Part shown: positions 59,301 to 64,000 of the stretch, piece after piece
Layout: every line of letters begins with the position of its first letter
Position numbering within the stretch: the stretch's first letter is position 1
Assembly (NCBI RefSeq): GCF_902713615.1
Contig: NC_052163.1
Span: 44,750,878 to 44,814,877 of the forward strand
Direction: 5' to 3'
Source: Scyliorhinus canicula
Lineage: Eukaryota
Length of the DNA stretch: 64,000 bases
Notes under the pieces: model-generated
The model's input: only the letters and a program-made list of their open reading frames with translations
Told to the model about the DNA's origin: nothing
Database searches by the model: none
Program-made: the position numbers and the translations under genes

Positions 59301-61049
59301 TCAATTCTTCTTCGAGAAACTCAGGTTTCAGAAATACTTGATCAATGAAGCTCTTCAGCAATCATATTCCAATTAATTCCCTTTAATTATTTTCTGATGA
59401 ATCAGAAATTAAGACATTTAGTAGGAACTGTCAAAAGGCAGTTCTTCAGAATTAAAAAGGTTCCATTCCAAAAGTGAAGAATACAGAGGGATTCACACTG
59501 AATGGAAAAGCAGCCACAACATATAAACTGAGGGTCTTTGATCTATCAATTTCTACCCCTGTAAACACCAACTAATTGTCTGTGTCAAGCTAAGATCCTT
59601 ATCAACTTTATGTGTAATTTCCCACATTTAATACATTTCCTCTGCCATAAAAGAAGCTGTCAGCCATGTCTGTCAGCAGTGATTAGATCAAAATGTCGAA
59701 TTTTTCAGCTGCTCCCCTCAGTCATGTTGTAAAGCTGTCGACTCTTTGCTGTGACATGTTGCAGGAAGGTTTAGCTTCATTGTCCTTTAATTAGGGAAGA
59801 TTTGCCTTTTGCAGTTAGACCTATGGCTTGAGTCACTGGGTATGAAACTCCAGCACTGATCTGAAAGACGATAATTTAGGTGATGTGTGCTCTGATGAGG
59901 CACTGACCCAGCGCCTGCTTGAGGATAGCCCCAATTGCTCTCTGACTGAATTATATGGTTCCAGACACCCAAATCCCTGTTGAGCCTTCAATTTTTATCT
60001 ATTGTACAGACGTAGGTTGCTGGAACAGTCAAGAACAACTCAGCTATAGAATCATAACAGTGGATGGTAGACCAAGTTTGACTGTTTCAGAGACACTACG
60101 ACTACTTCATCCCATTCTTATACAAAGCATTTTCATGATACGTGTAACATTAAATATAATGTGCCAATTGCAATTAGTAACATGGGTACGTTACTCACTG
60201 GTATCCTTGTTAATGCGCTCACCATAGCAACATGAAATGTAAGCCTTAAAATAATTCTGTGGTCTTTGCTCCAGTACCACTTAAAAGTCTGAAATATAGT
60301 TTACTGGGTGATCCAGCAGTTTAGGAAAAAGGTGACTTAAAAACAATACTGACCGCCATGACCTGAATAATTAACATTTTTGAAAAAGAACTAAAGTCCC
60401 CATTCATCACCAAATTTGTTGTAGAGCAATTTTGGCCTGGATCCTATGGTTAGTAAATGCACAGTGTTGGCCGTTCCTTAAACGAACATTCACCTGGGTT
60501 TTTTTAATGGACGTCTGCGATGGAAGTTGTAGTATTTAGAAATCCATTTTAGCATGGTGCTCTTTAGAGGAGATCTGTGACCAGTGTGAACAGGGCAAGC
60601 AACATCTGAATCAAATCAGAATGAAGAGTCCTTAATGAGGCATGCAGTCTCCACACACAAGTTGGAATATAAAATTTAAGGTCAAATCAGATACAAAATG
60701 TGAAATATAGAGGAAGAAAAGATTAGATTGAAAAAACAGAGATATCCAAGAGACAAAAAAAAGTAAAAGGAAACAAACTTTTCAAGTTAAAGAAAATCTC
60801 CAATTCTGAAGCAATGAGGCTGCACACATGTAAAAGTAAATTGGTTGGTTGTAAACTGCTTGGTTGGCTACCATTGACACAGCAAACTGCCGGCTCAAAG
60901 TGGAGAGGATCTCCAGGAAGATCGTGCATATAGACACTGACATTAAGTTGGCATCTCCACATCATGGTTGTAATTAAGACTGACCACACATTAAAAATTC
61001 ACTTACACTGGAATGGACAAGCCAATTGTTTTTTTGTTGGAGTATGGCG

Positions 61050-61151
61050 TAGAGGTAGAGGATCAGTCATGATCATGCTGAATGGCGGAGCAGGCTCAAA
61101 GGGTTGGATGGCCTACTCCTGCTCCTATTTTCTATGTTGCTATGGTTCTTA
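61050..61151 (+). mobile_element. CR1 3' tail
   Basis: GAATGGCGGAGCAGGCTC..GGCCTACTCCTGCTCCTATTTTCTATG, similar to 41350-41435. Confidence 0.8.
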
Positions 61152-61516
61152 CATGCGTAGTGGGTATCCAACACACAAGGGACATATGCCTTCATGGTGT
61201 ACCAAGTGTTTTAATGCTGATCTCTCAGTGAGATACTGTACAACAAAGCTCCTGCAAGAGTGACTCAGAGTAGCTTCCTGATTATTACATTTTATTGCTT
61301 ATGTGTGGTCACAGAAGTTAGCTGTCCAATTTACTCTTTGTTAATGTTGATTACCTTGACTACAAAATCCAGGTCATCAATATTTTCACATCCTTGTAGG
61401 TCATCCTGCCATGTTACAGGATATTTAGCAATCTAAATGCAAGGGATGAATGCATATAACTCACTGTGGTGAGTAAGATTGATCTACAAGCGAGCGGTAC
61501 TGATTTCAAACATCAT

Positions 61517-61936
61517 GGCCCCAATTTTATGGCGTGGCTCATGTCTCATCCAACACCACCCCCTCCCCTAACCCCCTACCATCCCCCTGGAGGATGCGTC
61601 AGGCAATGTAAATTGCCATTTACTTCGGTGGGACTGTATGAAGACCCAGAAGGCCCGAATAGTCAAGTAAACAGTGGATTACTTAAGGTCAAAGGAAATG
61701 CCTCCTACTGAGGCATACACACCGGTCAGGACTACCCGAATGTCGGCTCCTGTCTGGGGCTGGCTTTTATATGGTCTAATAATGAGCCCAAGCTGGACAG
61801 ACCTGGGCCCACTAGCAGGGAAGTTCGTATTCCACAGGCCCCATGGGGAGATCGATTAGAGTATCTCTGTAGCCTCGTAAGGGTTACTATAACCAGTAAT
61901 ATCCCACTGACCTGGAGGGTTTGTAAAATCCTGGCC
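61517..61936. mobile_element. Older Harbinger-type MITE
   Basis: GGCCCCAATTTTA / TAAAATCCTGGCC with TSD CAT. Confidence 0.6.
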
Positions 61937-62172
61937 CATTATTTAATTTAATTTCACTGATTCTTTATTCTTCTAGTTAATCTGGAACAGGCTTGCTGAA
62001 ATGCCAAGCTATGGTCTGTAGCACCGGACCGGGAAGAGGTTATAGTTGGACTACAGCATGGAACTGAATTTCTGTCAGCCCAATTTTTTATGCAGACTTC
62101 AAAGTCTGGAACCTCTGTTAAACTTTACATCCTAGATCCCATTCAATCTATGCACATTCAAAACTATGCCCT

Positions 62173-62985
62173 TGCAATATCCCGCATGGGTTTTGCGGGG
62201 TGATTCTCGCGAAGTACAAGCTCCTCCACTGAGGGGCGGGGGAACTTGATTTAGCAACGTATACAAGGTCGGCCAGTAAGGCACCAACTAGAGGGAGACC
62301 TAGTGGGGATCTATCAGGAAGTGTATAAACCATAATTGTAAATTAATCTAAGTTCTTTATTTTTGTTGGTAGGGGCTCCCTGTGTGACGAGAGCGGGATT
62401 TGAAGGCTTTTTCCTCAAAGTTCTTGGAGTTGACCATTGAACCCTGTGGTGCACAAGGGTTGTTGTTCTAGTGAAGGGCCAGGCAGTCGCATTAAGGGAC
62501 CTTCACAACGGGGACCCAGAATTGCCCAAAATGAAGATGCTAGCGAGAAGTTACGTCTGGTGGCTGGGTTTGGACACAGATATCAAGACGTTGGCTCAAT
62601 AGTGCTCGACCTGTCAAGAGCAACCAGAAGCTCCCCATGGCGGCACCCCCGGGGCGCCTTGGGATTGCGTACATGCCGATTTCACCGGTCCATTCCTGGG
62701 TTTGATGTTTCTCATCCTGGTGACCAGCCACTCCAAGTGGCTGGAGGTTCACAAAATGGCAAAAATCACCTCCTGGGCCACCGTCGCGCGATTGCGCATT
62801 TCTTTTTCCATCAGTGGAATCCCAGAGACGCTCCTGACAGCTAATAGTGCCTCTTTCATGAGTGAAGAATTTACCGCTTTCATGAAAGGCAACAGGATTT
62901 GGCATGTCCACACTGCTCCACCGAATTGTAAATAAATCAAAGTTCTTTATTTTACTCAGCATGGACTCCCCATGTCCCTTATGAA
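62173..62985 (+). mobile_element. Collapsed Gypsy remnant: LTR, integrase fragment, LTR end
   Basis: MKMLARSYVWW, HADFTGPF, HSKWLEV, GIPETL motifs; 30-bp direct repeat at 62334-62363 and 62924-62953. Confidence 0.8.
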
Positions 62986-63644
62986 ATTGTCTTGCATATA
63001 CATATTTTTCATTACGTGCTGGTTTTTCCATGCAGGATTTTGAGGCAACAAAGAAACGATGGGTTAAAGTTTCAATATTGGTGAACGGGGAGTCGGAGGA
63101 ATGGAATGCCCCCCCCCCCCCACCTTTTTCCTGTTCTCGGGCAACATAGAATTGCAATTTAAACTCCCACTGAAGGTAAAGTCACACCAATAAGAGCGGT
63201 AAAGTAATCTCCCTGAGCGATCAAGTTATATTTGTGTCCAAGGTGCAATCTAGCATGAAATAGACCTCAATCATACATCCTGATTTCCTGGCTTCAGGCT
63301 GTCTCTGGGCTCAGCTGGCGAGTAAAGGAAGGTGATCCAAGACAGAGGCAGTCATTCGAACTAGTTCAAAGAGGAGCCTGGTGTCTGAGAAGACGAGAGA
63401 AATGCAAGATTTACAGCCTTGATTGGAGGCATCTGAGAAATGATCCTACAGAAACATGCAAAGTAGTTGTCAGAACTAAAAGGAAAATCTTAAAAACTGC
63501 TTTAAACTAAATTACAGGAATAAGGTAAAGAAGCAGAGGTTCAAAGTAGAACTTAGGTCAGGAAATTGTTCAAATAAAGTGATCAACACATGGCGACTTC
63601 AAAGTTAAGTGGACGAAGCAAAAGTATTTAAAAAACAATAAGGT

Positions 63645-63869
63645 GGGCAACACGGTGGCGCAGTGGTTAGCATTGCTGCCTCACGGCGCTGAGGTCCCAG
63701 GTTCGACCCCGGCCCTGGGTCACTGTCCGTGTGGAGTTTGCACATTCTCCCCCTGTTTGCGTGGGTTTCGCCCCCACAACCCAAAGATGTGCAGGGTAGG
63801 TGGATTGGCCAGGCTGAATTGCTCCTTAATTGGAAAAAATGAATTGGGAACTCTAAATTTAAAAAAAAG
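63645..63869 (+). mobile_element. Short-tail V-SINE inside a decayed CR1-like 3' region
   Basis: TSD AAACAATAAGGT (63633-63644, 63870-63881). Confidence 0.9.
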
Positions 63870-63955
63870 AAACAATAAGGTGCCACCATGTGAGCAGCTT
63901 AGACTCCTACTGAATGGAAAGAAGATGAGCTGAATGGACATTCTTGTCCACATTT

Positions 63956-64000
63956 GGGCAGCACGGTGGCACAGTGGTTAGCATTGCTGCCTCACGGCGC
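63956..64000 (+). mobile_element. V-SINE head running off the window
   Basis: GGGCAGCACGGTGGCACAGTGGTTAGCATTGCTGCCTCACGGCGC. Confidence 0.85.

Overview
Eukaryotic vertebrate DNA. The HE1/V-type tRNA-SINEs and HER1/CR1-type LINEs point to a cartilaginous fish, possibly a catshark (inference). No intact host protein-coding gene, RNA gene or CRISPR array can be supported; this looks like intronic or gene-desert sequence of AT-rich unique blocks packed with transposable elements. Main contents: (i) a nearly full-length decayed Ty3/Gypsy (Mag-like) element at 21117-26520; it has no tRNA primer-binding site, a perfect 13-nt complement of its own LTR in that position, and a CTCF-like site in the 5' LTR; (ii) nested in its integrase, a 1044-bp foldback-type DNA transposon with a 9-bp TSD and a possible spliced mini-ORF; (iii) PIF/Harbinger remnants (transposase, intron-containing Myb/SANT gene) plus over a dozen GC-rich MITEs with 3-bp TSDs, one cluster multiply nested; (iv) an L1-clade element (about 50270-55145) with most of the RT deleted, plus L1/Tx1, CR1, L2 and Penelope fragments; (v) more than 15 SINE copies in which one tRNA/V-type head carries different 3' tails, one class having long L1-style TSDs; (vi) a hAT MITE holding a CRE-forming 35-bp minisatellite. 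Most ORFs in the supplied track are spurious. Family names come from recognised motifs, not database searches; boundaries without a TSD are approximate.
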